DNA of 64,000 nucleotides from Octopus sinensis (lineage: Eukaryota): positions 4,774,001 through 4,838,000 of the forward strand of contig NC_043021.1 of assembly GCF_006345805.1 (NCBI RefSeq), in the 5' to 3' direction. Below, piece by piece: positions 38,230-50,706 of the stretch (its first letter is position 1; every line of letters begins with the position of its first letter). Position numbers and translations under genes: made by a program. Under the pieces are notes generated by a model. The model worked only from the letters and a program-made list of their open reading frames with translations, did no database searches and was not told the DNA's origin.

Positions 38230-39800
38230 ATATCACTCAGCCACCTAAACATGGACCGGATGCAAACAGAACCTTCGACGTTACTACAAATACTAAACCT
38301 CATCATCACTGTGGATCTCTCCTGGTGAATGTACAACTCCAATGTAACAAAGGCAGAGTTACAAGAACTGGCCTTACTCTTCAGGATTGCAAAACAATGT
38401 ATCAGAGAGAATAGAGACATTGTGGGTGAGAAATGTGTGTGAATAGATAAAGGTATGCTAGTATTTAGCAATTCTGAGAAGAAAGCATGGAAGTGCACTG
38501 TGAAAGGTTGCTAAATGCGGAGAATGCATGGAAAAAGAGTCTTCTAAATATAGAAATAATTGAGGGATCAGCAATCAGAGTTGACAGCAGCATGATAGAT
38601 AAGGTAATTAAGAATATGAAGACTGGGAAATCTCCTGGACCATCAGGAATCACCGCTGAGATACTTAAAATATCTGGCGGAGTAGAATACAGCCTAGTCA
38701 CTCGGATAGTTAATCAGGTTATCCAAGAAGGTGTCATTCCTAATGACTGGTATAGTAGTCATCATCATCATCATCATCATCGTTTAACGTCCGCTTTCCA
38801 TGCTAGCATGGGTTGGGACAATTTTGACTGAGGGCTGGCGAACCAGACTCCAATCTTGATCTGGCAGAGTTTCTACAGCCGGATGTCCTTCCTAACGCCA
38901 ACCACTCTGGGAGTGTAGTGGGTGTATTTTACGTGCCACTGGCACCGGGGCCGGTCAGGCGGTACTGGCAATGACCTCGCTCAAATCTTTTTACATGTGC
39001 CACCAGTAACGATCACGCTCGAATGGTGCCCTTTTATGTGCCACGGGTACAGAAGCCAGTTGGCTGTTCTGGCAACGATCATGCCTGGATGGTGCTATTA
39101 TAGTTATTATGCTACAAGGGTAAAGGTGATGTCTTTGGATAGAAACAACTGCAGAGATATCAAACTGCTGGACCAGGCCATGAAAGTTACAGAGACAGTT
39201 ATAACTCAACTGATTAGGAATAGAATCAAACTGGAGGAAATACAATTTGGTTTTGTGTCTGGGAAGAGAATCACAGATGCTATGCAGGAGAAGTGTCTGA
39301 TCAAAGATAAACTATTGTACTTGGCTGTCATCAACTTGGAGAAAACTTTTGACAGAGTCCTTCACTCTGTTATCTAGTGGTCCCTAAGGATGTTAGTAGA
39401 TGGGTACTATTACATGCTGATAATCTCACTTTTACAGCAGAATTTGTAGCAGAACTGCTGTAGAAATTCCATATATGGAAGCAAAACCTAGAATCAAAGG
39501 GCTTTAACCCTTTAGTGTTTAAACCGGCCATATCTGGCCCAAATATTCTACATGTTTTATATTTGAACTAGCCGTATCTAGTCTCTCACACCTAACTTAC
39601 ATTGACATTCTAAAAAATAAATAATCACATCATTGAAACCTCAAAGCTATGAGATAATGTGTGATTAATTCAAAACAATTTGAGTGAAAAAGCATTAAAT
39701 TTAACAGAGTAATCTGAACATTAAAGGGTTAAAGTTAATCTAGTGAAAACCAAAGTTGTTGTTAGCAACTGTCAGGTAAATGGCCCTTCTCAATATGCAG
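38230..39800 (+). mobile_element. Degenerate RTE ORF fragments interrupted by a family C copy and a TTAA MITE
   Basis: MKTGKSPGPSGITAEILK, RDIKLLDQAMKV, QFGFVSG, LEKTFDRV. Confidence 0.8.
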
Positions 39801-39870
39801 AAAAGGTGTTGGAAGAAATTCCACTCTATGAACTTTTCTATAGACCTTCACGTGTGTGTATGTGTGTGTG

Positions 39871-39909
<39 letters not shown>

Positions 39910-40231
39910 TGTGTTGAAGAATGCTATAGCAAGCATGGTGAAAATAGTTACCAAATAGTGTTCAAATAAATCCAAAACTTAAACTGCAACTACTTTATGT
40001 AGAGCAGGTATGTCCAGTGTAGGAAGTCAGCTATAAAAACGATCTTCGTTGAGCAGATATGGAAGCGGCAAAATCAGGTAAACAAAGGTAGGTGTAAGGA
40101 CAGAATTTATATATACAAATAAATGAATGAGGTAATCACGTCTTATCTTGATTACATCATACATTTATTTACATTCATAACTTCTGTATAAACACACTCC
40201 TTACACCTTTGTTTGTCTGCCTTTTCTGCTT

Positions 40232-40262
<31 letters not shown>

Positions 40263-40751
40263 TTCTCTCATGCTCTCTTTCTCACACACATACTCTCTCT
40301 CTCTCACACACACACTCACACACATACATGTATATGTATATATATGTAAGAGCATATATACATAGGTGTATATTTGATGGGCTCTCCCATTGAAGACAAC
40401 GTATGAGTGTTCAGTTTTTGCTGAATGATCTGCAGAAATGATTTGCTTTATAGTGATCAAAAGAATGTGCTGTACATTAGCTCACCTGCCTCCCTCAAAG
40501 CTGCCTGAACAGGTGCATGGTGTACCACATGTCAGGTGTCAAAGTGTTCATGGAGCAATGTAATTGCAGAGTAATAGCTGAAACCGCAATCTTGCGATCG
40601 GGAGTGCAGCACCCTAACAACTAGGCCATGCCCCCTCACAAGGCACACACACACACATACACACACACATAATGTAGCAGGATCAGTCACGTGACTTTGG
40701 TAAAATGCAGTCAGTTAGTCTCTAGTATAAGCACAGCGCTTGTGTAGAGAA

Positions 40752-41143
40752 TACCTATTTCTTTATTACCCACAAGGGGCTAAACAAGGACAGACATAGG
40801 TATTAAGTCGATTACATCTACCCCAGTGCGTAACTGGTACTTAATTTATCGACCCTGAAAGGATGAAAGGCAAAGTCGACCTCGGCGGAATTTGAACTCA
40901 CAACGTAACGGCAGACGAAATACCTATTTCTTTATTACCCACAAGGGGCTAAACATAGAGGGGACAAACAAGTAGAGACATAGGTATTAAGTCGATTACA
41001 TCGACCCCAGTGCATAACTGGTACTTAATTTATCGACCCCGAAAGGATGAAAGGCAAAGTCGACCTCGGCGGAATTCGAACTCACAACGTAACGACAGAC
41101 GAAATACCGCTAAGCATTTCGCCCGGCACGCTAACGTTTCTGC
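40752..41143 (-). repeat. SINE-B head plus two bodies
   Basis: Reverse complement of the same junction at about 40920. Confidence 0.85.
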
Positions 41144-41369
41144 GCCGATGACTTGACAATTGAGCAATAGAATTTATTAATCAGTGCATCAAATGCACTT
41201 TGTCCCATATTGAGATTAGAGAGAAAAAATTCTGATAAGATGGCAGGTGCTATACAAATCCAGTTCAAAACAACAAACATTGTTTATAATGTAATAATCA
41301 AATCTGTAAATAAAAAGGTGGTGTGTAATTTTTTTTTTTTTTCATTAGGATTTTGAGGGTTTCATGAGC

Positions 41370-42450
41370 AACCTTGTTGTTGCCCCTCTTTATCCCAGTT
41401 TCAATGATTCTGCACTGGTCTGCTATTCATTCCTGCTTAGCTTCCTGCATTTTCTTCTTAGCCTTCCTTATTCATAGCTCAACATTGCTGACTTTCCCTC
41501 CTGACACGTTAGTTTGGTCTTTCTCGGGTCTCATTTCAAATCACGTTGATCCAAGATGTCATCAGTGACCCATGCTTTCTTTTTCCTTCTTCTCCCAAAC
41601 ACCTCTAGAGCCATTTCCTGAAGTACTTCTTTGATATTGTTGATTAGGGAGTTTATATCATCTTAAAAGGTGGCGAGCTGGCAGAAACGTTAGCAAGCCG
41701 GGCGAAATGCGTGGCCGTATTTCGTCTGCTGTTACGTTCTGGGTTCAAATTCCGCCGAGGTCGACTTTGCCTTTCATCCTTTCGGGGTCGATAAATTAAG
41801 TACCAGTTATGCACTGGGGTTGATGTAATCGACTTAATCCGTTTGTCTGTCCTTATGTGTCCTCTCTGTATTTAGCCCCTTGTGGGTAATAAAGAAATAG
41901 GTATTTCATCTGCCGCTATGTTCTGGGTTCAAATTCCGCCGAGGTCGACTTTGCCTTTCATCCTTTCGGGGTCGATAAATTAAGTACCAGTTATGCACTG
42001 GGGTCGATGTAATCGACTTAATCCGTTTATCTGTCCTTATGTGTCCCCTCTGTGTTTAGCCCCTTGTGGGTAGTAAAGAAATATATATTATCTTCCAGAA
42101 GGTTAAGGACCATAAACCTGCTGCCCACTTCCACCTCAAGCACCTCTACAACCCTGGGATATTTCAGTTTTTCTACATCAAACCTAATATATATGTGGCC
42201 CTTTTCTTATGGATACTTTTTAGTTTGAGCCTCATTGTCATGGTGACCAAATAAGGATCAGTGTTGGTCTGTGCACCAGGGAAAGTCCTAGTCCTAGCCT
42301 TGTTGATGCTGAACTTGAGGTACAAGGATGAAGTCACTTTGGTAGTGAGTCTTGCTGTTGGGTGAATACACCATGTTGTTCTGCACGAGGTCTTGTGTAG
42401 AAACTGTGTGTTGGCTAGGGTCCGCTTGTGAGTCCTAGCAAATTTTAAGA
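41370..42450 (-). mobile_element. Degenerate RTE-type LINE endonuclease/linker remnants split by SINE-B
   Basis: Minus-strand translation resembles LANT..HK...SINKARTRTFPG and KKKAWVTDDILD. Confidence 0.65.
41668..42082 (+). repeat. SINE-B head plus two bodies
   Basis: Junction aagaaatag|gtatttcatctg at about 41900. Confidence 0.85.
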
Positions 42451-44212
42451 ATCACATCATCATCATCATTGTTCGACCGTGGTCGAGACAATGGAATTTA
42501 CCATGCTACGCCAGACTTCACGGTCCATCATGGCATTACTGAGGTCCTGTTCCTGGATGCCTGTATCCCTGGAGATTACATCAGGGTAGGAGAGTGTGCA
42601 CCCTCTGGTACCACAAGCAGATGGCTTCCAGAGGAGAAGAGTAGAAATTACCTCGTTTTCAGCTCTACAACAATGTTCAGCAAACTGGACTCTCCTACCT
42701 TTCACAAGAGATGACACAGGTGGTAGTTTCTCATATATTTGCATTTTGGTTGGATGGCGCTTCCACGAGAGATTAAGAATCACAGTCTGCAGTTGTTGCC
42801 CATCTCCTCTCCAATTATTCAGCCTCACAAAGTTTAGCCTGTCAGCAGAAGTCACCATGTAGAGAATTGTATGAAATAGCAAACGTAAAAAATACCAGAC
42901 CACCACCAGAAAACCTGACATGCTAGAAACAACAGGTAAATGACATTATTTGTGAAGAAACTTCCCCGCTTTCCAAAAAAAGCTTAAAGTAAATCATTGG
43001 GAGTTTGTAGTGTTTTGAAAGTAGTGAGGTGATGGGTGGATCTTTAGGATGGAAATTTTAGTGTTTCTTTAAGTAAAAAATGAGAAGAAAATTCTTGAAG
43101 ATTCATATTCTCTGAGGTTTTTTTCTCTGTGGATTACCAAGAAAAAAATTTGGAAGAGAGTAAAAAAAAATGAAGAAACTGGGGATGGGGAGCAAGAAGA
43201 TTTAAATATTGTGAATGTATTTTTTAGGCGAAATCCTAATCTCCTGTATCGAAAACATAGGAATTGGAAAAAATTTTGGAAAAAATAGGGAGAGGAGTTC
43301 AACTGGATTTTAGCTGTAACTTAGTGTGTGCACACGGAAATAATATAATTCATACAGAAGTTTTACCTAGAGTGAGTGTGTGTGTGTGTGTGTGTATGCT
43401 CTAAACACTAGGCCATGTGCCTCCACATTCAAAACGTTGCTTACTCTCTGTCATGTGTGCACACTGACATTACACATCCAGGTATAATATATATATATAT
43501 ATATATATATAGATATATAAATATATATATAATAAAAAAAAATTTTAATTAAAAAATAAATAAATAAAAATAAAAAATAAAAATTTATAAATATAAATGA
43601 ATAATTTTAATTTTAAATTTAAATTTTATATTTTATATATTTTGTATATCATATTAATTAATTTTATTTCTATGTTTTGGTTTATGTTTTTCACTGTTTG
43701 ATTTGCCTAATAGTGGTTTTATCTCTAATTTAATTTATATAAAGATAGATGCAGGAGTGGCTGTGTGGTAAGTAGCTTTCTTACCCAACTACATGGTTCC
43801 GGGTTCAGTCCCACTGCGTGGCATCTTGGGCAAGTGTCTTCTGCTATAGCCCCGGGCTGACCAATGCCTTGTGAGTGGATTTGGTAGACGGAAACTGAAA
43901 GAAGCCTGTGTGTGTTTGTTCCCCTAGCATTGCTTGACAACCGATGCTGGTGTGTTTACGTCCCCGTCACTTAGCGGTTCGGCAAAAAGAGACCGATAGA
44001 ATAAGTACTGGGCTTACAAAAAGAATAAGTCCCGGGGTCGAGTTGCTTGACTAAAGGCGGTGCTCCAGCATGGCCGCAGTCAAATGACTGAAACAAGTAA
44101 AAGAGTTAAAAGAGTATATAAAATAATTAAGATTCAATTGAATTAGGTCCTTAAATTGAAGTACCAAGTCACTCCTCCTGTATGGTTTGCACAGCTCGAA
44201 GTTAAGCGAAAA

Positions 44213-44571
44213 AGCAAATAAGTAACAAAGATGTCCAAAGATGTTTCAAGTGGCTCCCTTTAATCAATCAATGAAAACATCCCATCAATTTGAAATAAAC
44301 CGCTCTCCTCAGTGCAGACGGGTGTATAGTTTTCCACCATACAGGATGCACCATTATAATCTTTTAGCAAATTTTTCATCAGTGATGAATTTGCTGCTAA
44401 AAACTTATAATAATGGTGTATCTTGTATATTGGAAATCTATATGGTTGTACACATCCGAGGAGAGCAGTTTATTTCAAATTGATGTAATCTTTTCATTGA
44501 TTGAATAAATGGAGCCACTTTCAATGGCCGTATTGCACTGATACTTAGACATCCTTGTTACTTATTTGCTC
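44213..44571. repeat. Long imperfect palindrome (foldback)
   Basis: Core 44248-44520 centred on ttcatcagtgatgaa; outer arms 44213-44237 / 44548-44571. Confidence 0.85.
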
Positions 44572-44584
44572 GCCATGATAGATT

Positions 44585-44992
44585 GTTAGCCACTACACAC
44601 ATTTTTTTCTGTACCCTTGTTTTTTCTGTGTCCCTTTCTGTAGAAGAGCATAGGCTCGAAACGTAAAAGACTGTCTATTCCTGAGCATTATACTTATACA
44701 TCTGTTTGTTTTGTACACCACCTGTCTTCGTCTTTTGTTTTTTTCGTAAACTCTCCCTATGTTGATTCACTAGCTTCTGCACGCATATTTTTTTCTCTCC
44801 TTCTTTCTGTGTTTTTTTCTCTGTGTATCTTTCTGTTGAAGAGCGTAGGCTCGAAACGTTAAAGACTTGTTTTATTTATATTTCCTGAGCGCCATACTAA
44901 TACAATTGTTTGTTTGTATTCCACCTGCCTTCGTCTTTTGTTTATTTCCGTAAACCTGCCTTCGTCTTTTGTCTATTTTCATAAAGCTTCCC
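44585..44992 (+). mobile_element. Tandem pair of related Penelope-like units (family D') each with a hammerhead-like motif
   Basis: gagc-NNNN-gctc-gaaacgt at 44646-44664 and 44841-44859; degenerate relative at ~54500-54650. Confidence 0.6.
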
Positions 44993-44993
44993 G

Positions 44994-45027
<34 letters not shown>

Positions 45028-45162
45028 AACTTTCAAGGACCATAGTGGTTTATCGAGATGGAAGGTTGTGGATTTCTTCATATCGAATACGATAAACTGT
45101 AAAAAGATCTTTTTATATCTCGCAGTAGGCAACCAGGGTTACCGGGTATGCGAATGAGAATA

Positions 45163-45357
45163 CAAGAGTTATGGAACGGAGCAGATAAGATCTGGGCTAC
45201 ATATGTTTCATAGTGAGCGGAACTGGTATCAAGATATCCTGGGCCTGGCAAGTAGCTTGTAGTATACATCTTACTTGGATATTTATTCCTTCTGAGGTTC
45301 CGCTCATTATGAAACATATGTAGCCCATATTTTATCTGCTCCATTCCTTAACTCTTG
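45163..45357. mobile_element. Tc1/mariner-type MITE
   Basis: ~60-bp TIRs caagagtta... / ...taactcttg flanked by TA. Confidence 0.75.
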
Positions 45358-45383
45358 TATATGTATAGACACACATACTTACA

Positions 45384-45414
<31 letters not shown>

Positions 45415-45507
45415 GTATGTATGTATGTATATATATGTGACCGCGTGCATATTGTTGGCGATTTTCTTTCTCCGTCTTCCCTTCCTTGGACTTTTCCTTT
45501 TTTCTAT

Positions 45508-45542
45508 ATTTCTGATGAAGAGCTCCGCTCGAAACATCAAAT
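45508..45542 (+). ncRNA. Minimal type I hammerhead ribozyme-like motif
   Basis: attt-CTGATGA-a-GAGC tcc GCTC-GAAAC-ATC-aaat: canonical CUGAUGA/GAAA core with stems I and II; activity untested. Confidence 0.55.
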
Positions 45543-47615
45543 CCTCCTTCTTTCTTTCCTTTCCTGAGCGTCCAATAACACTATACTTGTTCCACATTCT
45601 CGTGTTGTTGTGTTTTCTCTTTATTCATGTTTGGAGTAACTATATATATATATATATATATAAGTTCAACAAAATTTAGATAAAATGAAGTAGCACGAAA
45701 CGATTGTACTACACTACCTTGGATATCCTTGTTGCTTATTTTGATTATATACTCTTTTACTCTTTCACTTGTTTCTGTCATTTGACTGCGGCCATGCTGG
45801 AGCACCGCCTTTATATATATATATATATATTATATATATATACATATTACGATGGCACATAAAAAGCACCATCCGTTCGTGGTCCTTTGCCAGCTCTGTC
45901 TGGCACCTGTGCGGGTGACATGTAAAAAGCACCCACTACACTCACGGAGTGGTTGGCGTTAAGAAGGGCATCCAGCCGTAGAAACACTGCCAGATTTGAC
46001 TGGGCCTGATGAAGCCTTCTGGCTTCACAGACCCCAGTAGAACCGTCCAACCCATGCTAGCATGGAAAGCGGACGCTAAACGATGATGATGATATATATA
46101 CATATGTACTATATATTTGTTGCATATTTATATTATTTGTATCTATTTTTTTTTTTTTTGTCCTACTGAAGAGTAAGAATAGAAAGCAAGCAGACAGAAA
46201 AAGAGAAATAGCTTCACGGCTGCTGGGTTTGGGGAAAGGCATAGTTGTGCAAGGATGCGAGGAGGAGTAAAGATTGACAAGAATAAGCACAAGAGAGGGA
46301 GGGACGAGAAAGTGAGTTAAAGGAGAGAAAATTTCACACACATACACACTAACCACACTATCATATATATATACCTCCTAAATGTATATATACATACAGG
46401 CATATATTTATACTCTTTTTTTTTTTTTTTTTACTTGTTTCAGTCAATTTGACTGCGGCCATGCTGGAGCACCGCCTTTAATCGAGCAAATCGACCCCGG
46501 GGACTTATTCTTCGTAAGCCCAGTACTTATTCTATCGGTCTCTTTTGCCGAACCGCTAAGTAACAGGGACATAAATACACCAGCATCGGTTATCAAGCAA
46601 TGCTAGGGGGACAAACACAGACACACAAACACACACACATACACACATACATATACATATATACGACAGGCTTCTTTCAGTTTCCGTCTACCAAATCCAC
46701 TCACAAGGCATTGGTCGGCCCGGGGCTATAGCAGAAGACACTTGCCCAAGGTGCCATGCAGTGGGACTGAATCCGGAACCATGTGGCTGGTAAGCAAGCT
46801 ACTTACCACACAGCCACTCCTGCTTTCTATTTTATTTTAAAATACCTCAATGGCAAAAGTACATACTATCATGACCTCATGCAGTTGTCAAATAGTAATT
46901 TATGTCATTATAGTATCAACTAGTCAATCCTGTTACTGCTTTGACCCTCTCAGCACTTTAGCATTTAAACTGGCAATTTCAGACTGAAATATTCTACCTG
47001 TTTTATGTTTAAACTGGCCAGATGTGGCTTCTCATGCCAGCCCTGCACTATCATTTGGCAAAAACTCAAAGCTACGAGATAATACATGATAAATTCAAAG
47101 CAATGTGAATAAATAAGCATTACATTTGACTGAGTAATCTGAATGCTAAAGGATTAACCCTTTAGTGTTCAGATTATTCAATCAAACATAATGCCTGTTG
47201 ATTCCCATTGATTTGAATTAATCATGCATTATCTCATATCTTCAAGATCTTGATGGTGTAATTACCTAATGTAGAATAACATTGTAGGGTAGGTGTGAGA
47301 GCCTGGATCTGGTCAGTTTGAACATAAAACAGATTAGCTATTTTGGCCAGATATGGCCGGTTTAAATACTAAAAGGGTTAAAGACCAACATTTTCATGGA
47401 GAATATAAGGTATATAATGCTTTCAAAAAAGGCAAATCTGATATATTCATGTGTGTTTTTATTTGGTGGCGGGGAGTTGAGGTGAGGATTATTACCTGAG
47501 TGGAAGAACCAGTTGAAGACAGTTTGAAAGGTTTTGGAAGGGTGATTTCAGCTTAAAATAGAAAAATCATGAGTCTTCTTCGGGATAAAAATTTTTAAGG
47601 GATTCTGTTGGTAAT

Positions 47616-47999
47616 GTGGAAGCACTCCGTCAGTAACGACGATGAGGGTTCCGGTTGATCCGATCAACGGAACAGCCTGCTCGTGAAATTAACGTGTAAG
47701 TGGCTGCGCACTCCACAGACACGTGTACCTTTAACGTAAGTTCTCGGGGATATTCAGCGTGACACAGAGAGTGACAAGGCCGGCCCTTTGAAATAGAGGT
47801 ACAACAGAAACAGGAAGTAAGAGTGAGAGAAAGTTGTGGTGAAAGAGTACAGCAGGGATCACCACCATCCCTGCCGGAGCCTCATGGAGCTTTAGGTGTT
47901 TTCGCTCAATAAACACTCACAACGCCCGGTCTGGGAATCGAAACCGCTATCCTATTACTGCGAGTCCGCTGCCCTAACCACTGGGCCATTGCGCCTCCT
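47616..47999 (-). mobile_element. tRNA-derived SINE family F, second copy
   Basis: Near-identical to 36282-36671; 10-bp TSD tgttggtaat; related shorter SINE at ~48180-48412. Confidence 0.87.
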
Positions 48000-48635
48000 T
48001 GTTGGTAATAACATTTAAGGAAACTACTAGCATTAAGCACTACAGACTTTATTCGCATTCCTTGGCATAAATCATGAATAAATTTTAATACAGGTGTAAA
48101 TTGTCATCCTTTTTGAAAACTCAAGTGCATCTTCAACAATTTTGTTGTTTGTTCCTTATCGAGCCATACCTGGCTCATAAGGGCCAGTTTCCCGGTTTCT
48201 TGGCATATAGGTTCCCCACCTGGAAGGGACGCCGGTCCGTCGCAGGTGAGCTGCAAGATGCAGGAGGAAAGAGTGAGAGAAAGTTGTGGCAAAAGAGTCA
48301 GCAGAAGTTCGCCATAACCTTCTGCCGGAGCCGCGTGGAGCTTAGGTGTTTCGCTCATAAACACACACACACACACTGCCCGGTCTGAGATTCGAACCCG
48401 CGATCCCTCGACCACTAGGACATGTGACTGGTTCTTTCAGTTTCTATTTGCCAGATCCACTTACAAGGCTTTGGTCGGCCCAGAGTTTTAGTAGAAGACA
48501 CTTGCCCAAGGTTCTATGCAGGGAGATTGAACGTGGAACCGTGTGGTTGGGAAGCAAACTTCTGGTAAACAATTTTTTATAAAACTGTCCTTTATATTTA
48601 ACACTCATCAAAGTATGCTCGTAAAAAAATAATTT

Positions 48636-49061
48636 GGCAATCTTTCGTCTCTAGTAGACCTTTCCGTCGATTTCTGTAAAAAAAATTTTTTTTTTTACAT
48701 ATGGGCTTGCGGGAACTTTTGAAGTAATGAGAGCGAAAGACACTAAGAGAAAGCGATTGTATGACGAGGGAAGTTCTTTTGAAGTTACCGTGCATGGGAA
48801 GCATTGATGTACATGTGTGTGTGTGTGTGTGTTTGATGGGGTGTGGGAGACAGACAGTATGTTGTGTAAGTGAAGTGCTTCTGTTAGTGTGTGTGAAGAG
48901 ACAGAGTAATGTGTGAAAGAAAGAGATAACTGAAATTTTTTACTCGGTGTATGTGTATATGTATGTATATTACTTCAAAAGCTCCCGCAAGCCCATATGT
49001 AAAAAAAAATAATTTTTTAACGGAAATCGACGGAACGGTCTACTAGAGACGAAAGATCGCC
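48636..49061. mobile_element. MITE with ~90-bp TIRs, GG ends and 8-bp TSD
   Basis: TIRs 48636-48727 / 48969-49061; flanks aataattt / aataattc. Confidence 0.8.
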
Positions 49062-49199
49062 AATAATTCTTACTATACAAGTCTATATTATCTATATAGA
49101 ATGTATATTGCGTTGATACATTTATTTTTTAGCTGAATTTTTGACAGCATGGGTATACTAGTATTGTACGTACTGACACAATCCATAGAAACTCTGTAT

Positions 49200-50706
49200 C
49201 TCAAGTCGTTCTAGAATATTATAGCAGGTCAGCTAGTTTAGATTTGATGTTGACGTCTATCTAATTAGACCAAACCCAACCCAAAGCTGCCAGTCTACAG
49301 CTAAAGATTCGTCGCTCACCATATCTCACGAATTTCAATTAATTAAATTTCCGGGCTTACGATATTAAGTCCACTTTAGTTTAGTTTTAATTCCTAGGTA
49401 TTCCACCAGCCACCCGTCATTTTGTGTGTGTTTCTGTGTTCTTCAGTTGTCCGTTACATAATAATCCTTAGTGATTTACGTTTCAAAATGCTATATAAAT
49501 CGTGTATTTCCCAAAATTGTTGTCAACCAGCTGCTACAAACCTTCCCGGCATCCACCACAATACTTTCTTTACCGTCTCTAAACCCCTCCGTCGCTTATC
49601 TTTCTCTTTCGCTTACTCTTATTTGTAGCTATTTCTGTCTCGTTATCACAGCTTTTCCCTCTCTATTTGTCCATCTGTCTGTCCTCTTTCTTGTATTCCT
49701 CTCACACAATCTTCCTATTTCTTTTCTCTCCCCCACTTTGTCTCTCAATCTCTAACTTTCACTATCCGTTACCATTCGTTCGCGTAAGCCTTCCTTACCC
49801 GCTAAAACCTTTCTCTTCGGTCACCCCTTCGCCCTTAACCATCTCTCACACTACCAGGCCCACCCTTTGCCCAATTCTCAGTTTGTCTATCTATCTGTCT
49901 GTCCCTAATTCTCTTTACGCTATCACTTCCCTTTTTATCTATTTGCCTGTCTTTCACCACCCCTCTTTCTACTATCTCACTTTTTCTAATGATACCCATA
50001 CACACACACACACACATACATACATACATATACATAAACTCTCTCTTTGTTTATACCCTCTGTCTACTACTTCTCCCCCCCCCCTAGTCCTTCTCTCCGT
50101 ATCCCTATCATCCACCTCTTTCTCCTCTACCTCTATTCATCTGTCTATCTATATAATCTCTCCTTCCTTTCGTTGCATCATCGAAAAATACCAGCCAATT
50201 TCTTACGTCGCACCCGCCTTCGCTCACTCCAACTTCACTTACACTTCACACTCACACTCACCTCTTTACCGTCGTATACTATACTCCCACCACTACTCCC
50301 ACCACGCTGCGACCACCTCCCACTCCCAATCCTCCTCCTCCTACTCCCACTCGTACTCCTACTCCCACTCACCTCCTCCTCCCTCGTTATTCAGCAATAA
50401 GCCAAAATGTCGGCCGTCTGCTTCGTCGTGTTGTGTTGTGCAGTAGGCAAGTCTCCGTGATCGGAGCCATTACACCACCCTCTGCAAACACTGACACACA
50501 AAAGGAGAGGCCAGGGCAACTGACTAAGGAACCTATTATCTATATACACCATTAAACAGTGGTAGAGAGTCAGGAAAACCCGATAATAATAATATATAGG
50601 CGAAACCTCATTACCCCCATCCATGTCTTAAATCATAGTCAAAAAATTCATTATCATTTAATAATAATAATAATAATCACAATCCCCGAGACCCAACAGG
50701 AATGCG
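49200..50706 (+). promoter_or_regulatory. CpG-enriched, largely TE-free promoter/5' UTR-like region of the downstream gene
   Basis: Visibly higher CpG density than the flanks, long C/T-rich tracts, no SINE copies, directly precedes an ATG exon with a gtaagc donor. Confidence 0.6.

Noticed and set aside
42990-43740. Purine-rich stretch and almost pure A/T run
   Set aside because: Looks like low-quality consensus over a (TA)n tract; no interpretable structure.
30600-49200. Additional host gene between POLRMT and the CpG-rich region
   Set aside because: The coding-like fragments I could translate were transposase or LINE remnants; no consistent exon chain on either strand.
49667-50446. 259-aa Ser/Leu/His-rich ORF upstream of the PLEKHM2-like exon
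   Set aside because: Arises from C/T-rich low-complexity sequence that lacks stops; no recognisable domain.
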